From Naegleria gruberi (Eukaryota): a DNA stretch of 64,000 nt. Shown in pieces: positions 10,401 through 21,928 of this stretch. Under the pieces are notes generated by a model. It worked only from the letters and a program-made list of their open reading frames with translations. It searched no databases and was not told the DNA's origin. The translations under genes were made by a program, and so were the position numbers. The stretch lies in the NCBI GenBank assembly GCA_000004985.1, contig GG738915.1. One strand, written 5' to 3'. How positions within the stretch are numbered: position 1 is the stretch's first letter; every line of letters starts with the position of its first letter.

Positions 10401-12744
10401 AATTCTATCAAGAATATTACAGTAAATAGTTGTTCAACTCAAGATGACAGAGAGAGAATATATTGATGGTCGCTTGATTGATTTCGAAAATTGATGATCC
10501 CAACCTAAACTCATATAAGGATGAATTCAATGAGGGCAATCCGATTAAAAAACCTATGCTTACTCTTTCAAGAAGTGATTCCCAAAATCAATATAATGCT
10601 TGTCCTTTGTCCTTGATGGAAATCTATGAACGGCTTTTAAAAAACTGAAAATGATGATCCTATTGATGCCGATATCCTGTCTTTTTTCGATATAATTTAT
10701 CCTCTTCTCCTTTGAGGGAGTGATGATGCAAACAATTGTTGAATGAAAATTTACAATTCTTCTACTACGGTTTTTAAATTGTTTTTCAATTTCCTCAATT
10801 CTTCTTCTTCTTTGCACAGATTATTATTCAGCAAATCAATTTTTAAATTAAAATCCGTATTGCTCTCTCAATATATATATTAAAATTAATTATCAGTTAT
10901 CGGAGCAATGAGGAAACACGATGATGAGGAAAAGTCCTGCAAACTCTCAAACTCTAATCGGATGATGATGAAATTTTTTAGAATGATGAAAAAAACTAAG
11001 GCAAGAACTCTCTTGCCGATATGAAGAGGTTGTGATGTTTATTATCTCTCGAGAGTTTTCATAGAGAATGTACAATCATTGATTTGAATCAGAGCAAGTC
11101 AAATTATTTGATGTTTTATATTCAACGGTGTTTGACAGGTGGCTAGCAAGAGAGATTTAAGGAGAAACCTTTGAAAACTGAATAATGGAGCAAAAGGAGG
11201 AAGAGCGGAATATAGAAATCTTGTCTATTAAGGCACAATTTGTGCTCCTTATCCAAATCAAAAAGGTCAAATAAATTAATTTTACTGTACTTCCAAAAGG
11301 GAGTCAGTATTCTCCCAACCACAAAAAGGTTCCATAGAATGGCATTGAAGCTTTTTCTATCAATACTATATTTCTTAGCAGTAGGAACAGGAGTAAAAGA
11401 TCTTAGCATGCATCCAACGATGCATCCTCCTCATCATACGAAATCTGCCTTGGCAACTAGCTTCCAAATAATATATCGCAGAAGGACCAATTCTATCGAA
11501 CTGACATCCACAATTGAAAATGACAAATATCCATTTGGAACAACATACTGTGGCGGTGTTAGCTTGTGATGCTGTAAAATAATCCACAATTATAAGCATC
11601 GAACAGGTTCATGATGGTGCATACTTGGTGTTGCTGCAGTCTTCTTTTATTTTGTGAATTGTGAGTTTTACATGCATTGTTGAATATTTGATATTAGATA
11701 TTTGAAAGATATAATTGACGTGATTTGATAAGAATAGTTATGCTCTGATATTGTGATATCATTGTTGATTGAATTTAATAACTAACACTTTTTCCTTGCC
11801 TTCATACATCAAACATTCCTTATTAGTAAATGGTGTTATTTGTCATCTTTGTGGTGCAATACAGGAATTTTCAAATTGTGTAACGAGATTTCGTGGCGCC
11901 ACAAAAACCCTCCACAAATCTCTTATTGGGCTTACCTTTCACAATAAAACAATTTAAAAAAAAAACACCAATAACACTAGAGCCAAATTATTTTCTCATC
12001 GTGGAGAGAGAAATTTCGAGAGGCCCATTATCAACACTATTACTCATCATCTTCCGTGCTTGTCTATCACCACGAGCTACCAACTATTGTTGAATATATA
12101 GAGAATATATATCAACAATTACATCTTTATTGTTGATCATCATCAACATTGTCATCAATTGTGTCGAGTGAACCAAATCACCTTCATATTTGAGATCACA
12201 CATTCTTTTGGCAAGATATTGATCTTTGTACTCTATTCATTGGTTCATCAAATCCATTTATAGATTTTTCATTTTCAAATCTCTATTGCTTTACCTATTC
12301 AATAGTGTATTTTGTAATCACTCTCATAATTTTGTCCCTTCACAACACCCACCACACTATTATTCTGCTGTGTATTGCACATTGTGTTTGCTTGACTGAA
12401 AAAAAATTGCAATACACCTTAATTTAACAAATACCCACACAAAGAAGAAGAACACCAAAGAGTACTCTCTTGTTGTGTGTGTATTGACAATCAATTGCTG
12501 AAGCTATCAGACCAACAATTACACTCTAACCCATTACACTCTTTTCCTATACTTTCGAGAGAAGTAATATTCCTGCTAACTATTTGGTTCATTCTCCCAC
12601 ACATACATACTCATCAATTACTCTCCACAAAGAACACCTTTCTACTTCCGGAAGTTTGTCTCTCTGCTATTACATTGAATATCACCACTACCACCACTAC
12701 CAAATTCACAACCCAATATTTCTCTCCATTCATACATACTCAAG

Positions 12745-14665
12745 ATGAATAATAATAATAGAAGGCCAACTACATTCAATCCTTGTGTTGCCAATACAAA
12801 TATCAGACGTGCCAATGATGAAAATACTCTCCTGCAACAACAACAATACAACTCGTACAATTCAAAGTATGAACCATTCCAATCGAGAGAAATCCTCAGA
12901 GATGTTACCAATTCAGCCTCTTCGAATCAGAGAAATGTCATGATGCAACAAGGTGTCTGTTCTCAACAACAGCAACCACTCAAACCAAACACTATTGGTC
13001 AAAACAATTACTATAATTCTCAAAACAATATACCTAAAAAACCATCGAGTGCTAATCTTCCACAACAAACTCAACCATACAAGAATGTTGTGCAACAAAC
13101 AAATAGCAATACTACAACAATATATAACTATGGACAACGACCATTGAATGCTCCAAACACTTATCAATACTCCCAACAACAACAGCAACCAATTACTCTC
13201 CAACAACACCATCCCCAATATAATAATTCCTCCTCAAATAGTCGAGGATTTTTACCACAACATTCTTCCNNNNNNNNNNNNNNNNNNNNNNNNNNNNNNN
13301 NNNNNNNNNNNNNNNNNNNGAGATGAGGATGAAGAAATGGCTTACTTTGAAGATGAAGAAGAATTGACAGAAAATAACACAATTCCAATCGTGCCTTCGA
13401 TTGGTGTTGGTTATTCAGTTACTTCAGCTGCTGTTGCTTCTGGTTACATGTCCGCAACATCTGTATTTGCTAATCCAAGCAGTACCAGCTCTGTTTCTCA
13501 AAGCTCTTCCTATTTTTCACAACAACAACAACATTCTTCCAGTAATAATAATTTTGTTGCAGAAGATCCAGCCAATACATCCTATGAAAGTGATGAAGAA
13601 CCACAAAAAGAACCAACCAATTTACTTCCATCCATGCAACCATTGTACTACTTTAGAGAACATCACACCGGCTCTGGTACAATTAATGCATCAACTTGCA
13701 ATATTTTAGTGCCTCCACCAACTAATCCTGAAGATGCTCGTTGTATGAGATCTGTCATCTTTGCTACTGATGTTGAAGCTGAAGTTTTGGAAAGCATGCG
13801 CTTAACTCAAATGAAAAACAAACCAAATCCAAGATATATGGAAACTGTACAAACTGATATTACCAGTAACATGAGATGTATCCTCGTTGATTGGATGAAT
13901 GAGGTTGCTTCCATGTACACTCTTTCACCAGAAACATTATATTTGGCTGTTAATATTCTGGATAGATCCCTCTCCAAGATGTCTGTCAGAAGAAACAAGT
14001 TGCAAGCATTTGGTGTCGCTTCTCTCTTCATCTCTTCAAAGTTTAACGAGATTACTCCTCCAGAGTTAAATGAATTCATCTATATTGCAGATGACACTTA
14101 TGGAAAGGAAGAAGTTCTCATTATTGAGAGAATAATTTTGAACAACCTCGAGTTTGAACTTGTTACTGTTCAACCTTATGATTTTATTGAAAAGTTTTTG
14201 CAAATTTGTGGTGTTGTCGACAATCCTATTGTCAAATACTTGACTTATTACATTTGTGAAATGCAATTACAGAATATTGAAGTTCTTAACTTTCCACCTT
14301 CTGTTATTGCAGCTTCTGCATTGATGATTTCCTTGTATTTGATTGACTTTAATTATTGGAACTCTGAGTTGGCTTGTTGTTTTGGTTTTTCCAATCAAGC
14401 TTGTCAAGGTAACTCATCACTCACTCCAGAAGACGAACAATTGGTTGGTATTGTCAATGAATGTCTTTCCTCCATGTTTAGATTCTATGTTGGTATGGCC
14501 ACAGGCAGGATTAATTTCTCTGCCGTGAGATCCAAGTACTGTCACATGGTTTTCCAAGGAGTTGGTGAATGCACAAGAAAGGTTGATAAGGAACCACCAT
14601 TCATTCCTTCAGTCAGCAAGGGTAGCAATCCAAGTACCTCAACCACACCAAATTACCATCCTTAA
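12745..14665 (+). CDS. Mitotic (A/B-type) cyclin with an N-terminal destruction box; the model is interrupted by a 50-N assembly gap and the frame changes across it
   Basis: Two cyclin-box folds (MRCILVDWMNEV...FGVASLFISSKFNEITPPELNEFIYIADDTY...EFELVTVQPYDFIEKFL...YLTYYICEMQL). D-box REILRDVTN at 12886..12912 (RxxLxxVxN). The N/Q-rich N-terminal exon (frame 1, 12745..13269) and the post-gap part (frame 2, 13320..14665) are connected only through the N run. Confidence 0.75.
13270..13319. other. Assembly gap (50 N) inside the cyclin coding region
   Basis: Run of n characters; the reading frame of the surrounding ORFs shifts across it. Confidence 0.95.
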
Positions 14666-14810
14666 TAAACAATTCAAAAAGAAACAATTCTATGGAAATG
14701 CAATCAGTCCGTCTTGTAAAATAGTCCGCCAAATGCAAGTCGCTCAATTCTTTCAAAAACATTTCAACAACTGGATCCACAAAAGAACTATTCAAATATA
14801 TGAAAAAAAA

Positions 14811-16625
14811 ATGTTTAGAAATCAAAGATCAAACTTCAAGCGCCTGATGCACCAACCATCATCAATTTACTTGTACTTCATTCTATTACTATGCAGTTGT
14901 GTTGCTTGTATTTGTGCATCTTCTGAAATCTCGGAAGATGATCATCAAACACCTCTCACTCTTCTCATTTCCATAGTTTCACCTCCCCTGATTGGACCCT
15001 TTGGTAATATCATTCGATCACATGCTATTGCAGTGGAGGCAAGGAGAAGAGGCATTCGAGTGGCTTGGATGATGGGCAGGAATTATCAAAAGGCAGTTCA
15101 CAAGGTTCTGGAAACAATGGCCACAAAAAAGACACTTTCAGATAACGAAAGACAATTTCATGATCATTCTCGAGATTTGTTCTATTATTTGGAGACTATT
15201 CCAGTGCTTGGATCGATTTTGCCTGAATGGTTGAGTCATCAATTGACTTTGAATGGAACGAGAAAGATGGACACTGAAATTCCAAGTTTCATTCCACAAT
15301 TGATGGGTGAAAGAACATTTGGCAATTTCTATTTAGTTTTAATGATGGCAGGTTTTGCAAATGGTTCCATTTTAAGAAAATTACTCAAGGAACAATTGGA
15401 AATTATTCAATTGACTAAACCTTTTGCAATTGTTAAGGAACTTGAAGTTTCAAGCTCAGTTTCAAGTTATTTAACTGGAATTCCAATTGTAGAGACAATT
15501 TCCACCCCAATTCTCAATGGAAGACATGCAAATTATTTTTCCTCTTTTGTAAATGGTGCAACATTTGGAGTGTTGAATGAATTTTTGGAGGGAAATGAGA
15601 AATTGTTTCCAACAGTAGCAAGCTATGATGATTTGGCATTCAGAGCTAGGAATTTAAAGGTTGCTTATACTATCCCTGAATTGGAAACTCCATTGGTGAA
15701 TGAGAGACCAAATGTTTCGTATATTGGAATGGCAAATGTTCCATTGTTTTTACAATCGTTTACAACAATTGAGGAGAAATTGGAGGCCATTGAGAGAAGA
15801 AAGCAGGAATTACTCAAATCTTATCCAAATCAAAGAGTTTTATTCTTTTATTTTGGAAAGGGATCCATTCCATTCGAAACTGTTGAAAAGGAAATTCCAC
15901 AATTTTGTAAACTTTTGAATGAAAATGTGAAATCTGTGGATAGTAAGGAATATCACTGCTATATAGTTGCAGATAAAGCTAAAGAACCATACACCATTGA
16001 AAAGTATTCACATTTCAAGTCATGGTTTGATGGTGATGACATGACATTAATTAGTGAGCTGACATTTAATCATGGTGGAGCTAATAGTGTCATGCAGAGT
16101 ATTTATTATGGAGTCCCACAAGTAGTGAGTGCAGGATACATGTTTGAAAGAGTATTCAATGGTTTATCAACAGAAATTGGGAAGTGTGGAATCTTGTTGA
16201 ATCCAGACGAATTTCGTCATGAGATAATCTTTGAGAAACTCTTCTCAGACGACTCTTTTACTTTCAAAAAGCTGAAAGAAGATTCTAAAATCATTCAGAG
16301 AAAACTAATGGAACGTGGAGGTGCCAATCAATTATTCTCAGATATTGAAATTTGGTTGAATAGAAGTTTGACACCTTCTGCCAAGTGGCAGGAAGAATCC
16401 AGACAACGTGATCAATTAATTTCGAAAGTTTTACTTCCAAACATCAATTATATCCTTGAAAGAGATGCTCATTTGGAAAAATCAATTGTTGGTAAATTGA
16501 GTTTGATTTACAGAGATGTTGGCTTGGTGATTCCTTCTATAATTTTCACATTAATTGTCTTTCCAATGATAGTTTCCATTCACATGATCAAAATTATTTC
16601 ATTCCTTTGCTGTTGCAAAAAGTAA
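14811..16625 (+). CDS. UDP-glycosyltransferase (GT1 family) with an N-terminal signal peptide and a C-terminal membrane anchor
   Basis: PSPG/UGT-like signature FNHGGANSVMQSIYYGVPQVVSAGYMFERVFNG near the C-terminus. Signal-like MFRNQRSNFKRLMHQPSSIYLYFILLLCSCVACICASS, and a C-terminal hydrophobic helix (VIPSIIFTLIVFPMIVSIHMI). Start chosen at ATG 14811; the ORF is open from 14562 but overlaps the cyclin 3' end. Confidence 0.55.
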   Translation: MFRNQRSNFKRLMHQPSSIYLYFILLLCSCVACICASSEISEDDHQTPLTLLISIVSPPLIGPFGNIIRSHAIAVEARRRGIRVAWMMGRNYQKAVHKVLETMATKKTLSDNERQFHDHSRDLFYYLETIPVLGSILPEWLSHQLTLNGTRKMDTEIPSFIPQLMGERTFGNFYLVLMMAGFANGSILRKLLKEQLEIIQLTKPFAIVKELEVSSSVSSYLTGIPIVETISTPILNGRHANYFSSFVNGATFGVLNEFLEGNEKLFPTVASYDDLAFRARNLKVAYTIPELETPLVNERPNVSYIGMANVPLFLQSFTTIEEKLEAIERRKQELLKSYPNQRVLFFYFGKGSIPFETVEKEIPQFCKLLNENVKSVDSKEYHCYIVADKAKEPYTIEKYSHFKSWFDGDDMTLISELTFNHGGANSVMQSIYYGVPQVVSAGYMFERVFNGLSTEIGKCGILLNPDEFRHEIIFEKLFSDDSFTFKKLKEDSKIIQRKLMERGGANQLFSDIEIWLNRSLTPSAKWQEESRQRDQLISKVLLPNINYILERDAHLEKSIVGKLSLIYRDVGLVIPSIIFTLIVFPMIVSIHMIKIISFLCCCKK

Positions 16626-16678
16626 TACATTTCACATTCATTGTAAACATTATTAAATATTTTTAAATATTATTAAAC

Positions 16679-18148
16679 TTGTGGCAAATTCACAATTTCA
16701 ATAAAAAAAATTATAAAAAAATGCCAGAACTCGTTAGAGCCCACTCCTATCATCATCCCTCTCCAATTTTTCCTTCCCAAGATGAAAATTCATCACTCTA
16801 CATGTCGTTGGAATTATTTGAATATCATTTGGACTTGAGAAGTGCCTTCGGAACAAGTCATTCTTCAACCACAAGAAGAAAGAATGCTCTCATTAGAATT
16901 TCCATTCATTCTCGTGATGAAAAAATTATATTTGATGGATTTGGTGAATGTGGTTTGCCTCCTAAAAAGGCAAATTGTTATTTGGCTGATTTTAATGATA
17001 TCCAATTTTATTTTGAGCAATTTTGTGAGAATTTAAAGGTGGAATTGCAAAAAAACGAATTTAATTGGAAGGAAATGATCGGAAATGCTTTTAAAAATGT
17101 TGACGAAAAATATTTCACACTCGTAAGAAAATTGGCTGATGAAAATGCAAGTTTGAATGGAAAATTGCAAAGTATTCCATTGATATTGTTAAATGGATTG
17201 GATCAGTATGAATATCTTGATCAGATTGGAGAGAAACATCCAGAATTTGAACATTGTGCTCAGTGTGGAATTGAAATGGCTATTTTCGACTTGTGGGGAA
17301 AGATTCTCGATAAGCCATTGTATAATTTAATTGGGATTGAACCTCCTGTTCAGAAATTTGCATTCTACACAGCTGCTCTCAATGAAGATATTGGAGAAAT
17401 TGTAAAAACAGCTCGATTTGGATTGGAAAAGACCAGACATTTGAAAATGAAACTTGATTCTGACATTGAAAAGGGAATTTTAATATTGAAAAACTTGATT
17501 GAGACCTACGAGAAGGATTATATTCATGAAAATTCCAAACCTCATTGGTCAATCGATGCCAATTCAGCTTGGACTCCAGAAACTTCACTCGAATTTCTCC
17601 AACAATTGAAAGAAAAACTTCCAAACTTTCTTCCATACTTTTACATGTTGGAACAACCATTCCCAATCCTAGTCGAAAGCTCAGAATCATCCAAATGGGA
17701 ACAAGTCAAACAAGCTTACGAAAATGAGGGAATTTTAATTTTTGCCGATGAAAGTGTCAATACTTTTGAAAACATTGCCAACATTCAATCTTTCATTCAT
17801 GGAATTAATATTAAATTGGAGAAATCTGGAGGAATTAGAGGAGCTCTGACAGTTTCAGAGCTAGCCAAGAAACATTACAATTTAAAGTTGTGGTTTGGTT
17901 GCATGGTTTCAAGTCGATTGAGTTGTACTTGTTCTTCACATTTAATGAGTTTGGCAGAAATTGGAGGAGATTTGGATGGTTCATTGCTTGTTGCTGAGCA
18001 TTCTCAAGGATTTGAAGGAGGTTTTGATTGGAGAAACGACCAAGTTTCGAATAGTGAAAGTAGAATCGGAAGGAATCATGGAGAAATTGTCTTGTTGGAA
18101 AAACCAGGTATTGGAGTGGATATCAAGAAGGATACTATCAGAAAGTAA
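16679..18148 (+). CDS. Enolase-superfamily enzyme (mandelate racemase/muconate lactonizing enzyme family; dipeptide epimerase-like)
   Basis: MR/MLE-type N-terminal capping domain (RSAFGTSHSSTTRRKNALIRI...DGFGECGLPP) and C-terminal barrel motifs (IFADESV...INIKLEKSGGIRGALTVSELAKKHYNLKLWFGCMVSSRLS). The true start may be Met 16721 or 16802. Confidence 0.6.
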   Translation: MWQIHNFNKKNYKKMPELVRAHSYHHPSPIFPSQDENSSLYMSLELFEYHLDLRSAFGTSHSSTTRRKNALIRISIHSRDEKIIFDGFGECGLPPKKANCYLADFNDIQFYFEQFCENLKVELQKNEFNWKEMIGNAFKNVDEKYFTLVRKLADENASLNGKLQSIPLILLNGLDQYEYLDQIGEKHPEFEHCAQCGIEMAIFDLWGKILDKPLYNLIGIEPPVQKFAFYTAALNEDIGEIVKTARFGLEKTRHLKMKLDSDIEKGILILKNLIETYEKDYIHENSKPHWSIDANSAWTPETSLEFLQQLKEKLPNFLPYFYMLEQPFPILVESSESSKWEQVKQAYENEGILIFADESVNTFENIANIQSFIHGINIKLEKSGGIRGALTVSELAKKHYNLKLWFGCMVSSRLSCTCSSHLMSLAEIGGDLDGSLLVAEHSQGFEGGFDWRNDQVSNSESRIGRNHGEIVLLEKPGIGVDIKKDTIRK

Positions 18149-18804
18149 TCTTTGCTTTTGTTTAATATTTTTTAAAAGCAAAATAAACATTGTTCACACT
18201 ACAGTTTCCATTACAATTCATTCGAAACTACAGAAACTTTTTATACAATCAACACAGCAGGTTAAAATCATGGAAGGAACCCGTAGTGGAAAATTCTGCA
18301 AGAGGCAACCATTTAATTGAAATAAAGTCATCGAATGTCCAAAGACGGAAATGGGACTGTCAATTGTCATCTTTGCTTAGTGAACTATTTGATAGAAAGT
18401 GAATGACTTTTCCAGACATTTAACACCCTGAAACATGACATTATTTAATGTTTGGCTAATTTTCACATTTGGTCAAACATTAAATCAAGAAACATCCAAT
18501 TTTAAACTCGTCAAAATTTTATTGTTGCTAAAATGAGAACAAGAGCTAATTTGTGAAAAACATATCGAAATGGATTTTGATAAATTGACTTGGATTGAAA
18601 TCTCATCCTTCCATAGAATGAGAAAGTAATAATTCGAAAGGTTTCTCATTCGAAATAGCTCTCTTGAGAGGTTCTCGGCTCTTGTGTGAGATTTTGTTAG
18701 TGTTACATTGGTAAAATATAGATAGGAGTGAAAATAAGTGGTAGTTTCTATGCCTCCAAGGAAAAGAAAGCCACTTTTAGTTTGGGAAATGATTCGTCCA
18801 GTTT

Positions 18805-20481
18805 CTAATTGGTCCATTGTAGCAAATCTTGAATGGAAAGTTCAATTAATTGCTCTGGTTGAGAAATGAATGGTGCAATTGCTGGATAGTACTTGGTAAT
18901 GGTTCTAAAATGTTCTCTATTTCTATTATGATTTTTCAAGCTTAATTGTTCGAAACTTTGCATGGAAACTAAACATCTCTTCATGCAATTGTTGAATTCT
19001 TCAATTTCAATGACCAATGAAGATTGTCCTTGTGTTTCATGATCTTCAACATTGTTTCTCTCAATTCTGGACATTTCTTCAAAGTAAATCTTGAGGAATT
19101 TTCTGATAATCGAAACTGATTTGAAATTCGAATGTGGAGCAAGCATTTGGAAAGCCAATACGAAACAGGATAGAGCAACAAGTGAAGGTCTAAACCACAA
19201 CATGTCATAATTGTGTAATTGAATTTCACATAGATAATTAGAAACCTTTTCCATAAAGTTTACAAAATTATCAGCTTCAACCAAAGATGGAAAAGCTTGT
19301 GTGAAATTTTGATCATTCTTCATGGCATGAATGAACAAGGCAACGTAATCAATCAATAGAATGGATCTCAACTCAAAATCCAAGGTATTCAACACCCAAC
19401 TTTCCATTCTCAGCACTTGTTTCTTCAAATCTTCAATAGACGAATCAGACGAAACTGGTGGTAAAATATCACTCAAGTTGACCGATCTACCATAATACTT
19501 GGTTGATATAAAAAAGCATGCACATCCCAATGCCTGCAAATTATCAACATCTATCAAATAATACTGTTCAATATTAAATCTGTCAAGTGAACGATCAAAA
19601 ATCATTGTTGCATGATAGAGAATTTCCTTTGGAATGTCAAGTTCTGTTTGGAGAATATTAAACCAATCGATAACTGTTCTTCTATATTGTGGTTTGACAT
19701 GTGGATGAGTGGAAAGATAATTAGCTTTTGCACAGTTGATAGTTTCACGTGAAATGTTATCTGAAAGTAATTGAAAACTATCTGAAACTTCAACAGCTTC
19801 TTCTTCGTCAGCTTCTTCTTCGTCATCTTCTTGCATGGAATCAACATCTTGATTAGCACATTCTTCTTGATTACTATTCGAATCATGGTCTTGACTCAAA
19901 ATAATTTCTTCAACACTATCTTCCATAGTTTCGTATTGTTGACTTTCTTTTTCTGGATGAATGGAAAATGAGGTAGCGCTCCAACTGCAGGTAATTTCAT
20001 CTTGGGCAAGTGTCGAAATTGGTTCGGCAGTTTCGGTTTCGTTTAAGGAAGGAGATATATACGAATGACCATTGACAAGCTCTTGCTTTACTTCTCGAGA
20101 TTGAAAAGGTGTTGGTTGGATTGTGTTGAGGGCGGTGGTGGAAACGTCTTCTTCACATTCCCAAGTAATTTCTTCTTGTTTTTCATTCACTTTATGGGCG
20201 AGAGCATGTATACGAATTGAATCGAAAGTGGACGAAACTCGAGTCTTCTTTGTAATCTTGCTCTGAAGAGTTTCTACTGAATCAGATTGTGATGAATAGC
20301 TTGTTGTTAGAGAATTTGTCTTTCTCTTTAAATTATTCGAAACTTTTTGGCGCCAACCTTTCATCACGACTTTCTTACCACCAGAACACATTCTCATAAA
20401 TGTACAAGGTGAAAGTCCACCTAATTGTTGTTGATTTCTTCTCGAATTCATTGTATTTAAAATAAAATTACAATTTTCCAT
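18805..20481 (-). CDS. Cyclin-like protein (cyclin N- and C-terminal folds) with an acidic insert; third cyclin paralog in the window
   Basis: RRTVIDWFNILQTELDIPKEILYHATMIFDRSLDRF...LGCACFFISTKYYG...LDFELRSILLIDYVALFI...NYLCEIQLHNYDML match the cyclin fold. Acidic stretch DSMQEDDEEEADEEEAVEV. No clear D-box found. Confidence 0.6.
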   Translation of the reverse strand: MENCNFILNTMNSRRNQQQLGGLSPCTFMRMCSGGKKVVMKGWRQKVSNNLKRKTNSLTTSYSSQSDSVETLQSKITKKTRVSSTFDSIRIHALAHKVNEKQEEITWECEEDVSTTALNTIQPTPFQSREVKQELVNGHSYISPSLNETETAEPISTLAQDEITCSWSATSFSIHPEKESQQYETMEDSVEEIILSQDHDSNSNQEECANQDVDSMQEDDEEEADEEEAVEVSDSFQLLSDNISRETINCAKANYLSTHPHVKPQYRRTVIDWFNILQTELDIPKEILYHATMIFDRSLDRFNIEQYYLIDVDNLQALGCACFFISTKYYGRSVNLSDILPPVSSDSSIEDLKKQVLRMESWVLNTLDFELRSILLIDYVALFIHAMKNDQNFTQAFPSLVEADNFVNFMEKVSNYLCEIQLHNYDMLWFRPSLVALSCFVLAFQMLAPHSNFKSVSIIRKFLKIYFEEMSRIERNNVEDHETQGQSSLVIEIEEFNNCMKRCLVSMQSFEQLSLKNHNRNREHFRTITKYYPAIAPFISQPEQLIELSIQDLLQWTN

Positions 20482-21699
20482 GTATGGTATATAATAGTTG
20501 AATATTTAAAACAAAACTACTTGATAAAATTAACAACAAGTATGAACCTACTCAAAATTCAATATATCAATATTTGAAAAATTAATGTTCTCTCGGGATC
20601 AACAACACTGATGCCAAATGCCAGCTGTCAAAGTAGTTTTTTTTTCTTCGTCATCTTGATTACTAGCACTCTGCACTCGCCAACTTCAATATTTTGGCCC
20701 TTCGTCTAAAAGCCTATTGGTTTGTTATTGCGTTGACACTTGAAAATTTCACACTCTAGTGGGTTGTCAATAACCCTAATTCGGAAGGCAACTTTTTGGG
20801 AAGATTTGAAATTCCACATCTTAAGGCTATTGCGAATATTAACAATGGACATGGAATTAAACTCCAATACATTATTATTATTGAATGATTACAATTTGTA
20901 ACACATCCTTTGAAAACTTTCCAATAGTTTGAAAATATTGGAAAGTTTTCGAATTGACTTTTCGATGTGTTGATATCAAATAAAGAATGTACATTGAAAC
21001 AAATGAAAAAAAGAGGATGGATGGTCAATGAATGTGTAATCCTTTCTACTGAGATTGAAAACGTGCTCTTCATGGTCGATTTTCGAATAACCTTGATTGT
21101 AATGTTATCCTAAATGGCAAATGGATGAACCATCACATCAAAGATCTGAAGATTTTAAAGCAAGTTGGTGTCTTCGTCAAAATGGGTATTTTACTATTAT
21201 CTTTTTAAAGAATCAACATGTCATGTTTGAAAATGTTGTCATGTGACATTTTGGTGAAGAAAACAATTATTGTACAGTAAATTCTCAAACACCGTTCACA
21301 GTAGGAAAACCACGTCATCTTCTTTAATACTGTAAATTATTATCTTTTCACACTTTACAATAATGCTGCACCAGCCCTACAATCCTTTCGTATAATATTT
21401 GACACACAATCAACAGACCCTATCCAAATCAACTCAGAGCACAAGCCAACTTGGATTTACACTCATTTTATTAGGATCATGCACCGTACTACTTTCGAAT
21501 AGTTTTCTCCTATCAATGAACTTGTTGAGCACATGACTATTACGGATAATTTACTAGTTTCTGTAGAGCACTTATTGTAAAACAGTCATTTTACTGTAGT
21601 GTGGTAATGGTTAGAAAATGACCAAGAAAAGATAATTGGTAGAGTTGAGCACGTTTCGGTGGTGAAATTTTGCATTTTACCTTTTTGGGATGGTGTTCA

Positions 21700-21845
21700 C
21701 TTCCGAGGTGAAAATTTTTGATGTTCGTAGATTTTCAAATACAAATGTGCTCGTCTCGTGGTGTAATGGTAGCATAGTGGACTTTGAATCCATTGACGGA
21801 GGTTCGATTCCTCCCGAGACGGTAAACGTGGCGAGCCATAAGAAT
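21700..21845 (+). repeat. Left arm of an inverted segmental duplication carrying tRNA-Gln plus ~50 nt 5' and ~22 nt 3' flank
   Basis: The flanks tgatgttcgtagattttcaaatacaaatgtgctcg and ggtaaacgtggcgagccataa recur reverse-complemented at 23878..24030. Confidence 0.7.
21752..21822 (+). tRNA. tRNA-Gln (anticodon TTG)
   Basis: Cloverleaf readable by eye: acceptor CGTCTCG/CGAGACG, D-arm GGTGTAATGGTAGCA, anticodon loop CTTTGAA, T-arm GGAGGTTCGATTCCTCC, discriminator G. No encoded CCA. Confidence 0.85.
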
Positions 21846-21928
21846 TTTGCATCGATACTTTTATTTGCTGCTATCAAGGTTTTATGATTACAATTTATTA
21901 TTTGCTCGATTTCCTGTTGCTTATTTAC

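Noticed and set aside
10401-12744. Looked for a gene or RNA in the 2.3 kb gap upstream of the first cyclin
   Set aside because: Only short (<110 aa) overlapping ORFs of random-looking composition and no tRNA-like cloverleaf. Interpreted as a long intergenic/promoter/5'UTR region (CA- and CCA-rich tracts near 12300-12740).
12642-13218. Minus-strand ORFs 12642..12911 and 12913..13218, antisense to the cyclin N-terminal exon
   Set aside because: Artefactual open frames created by the CAA/CAG/AAT-rich low-complexity sense strand. The sense-strand gene has the D-box and a cyclin continuation.
21677-21887. ORFs 21677..21877 (-) and 21690..21887 (+) overlapping each other
   Set aside because: They lie exactly over the tRNA-Gln gene and its flanks. 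Mutually overlapping short ORFs on both strands of a structural RNA are spurious.
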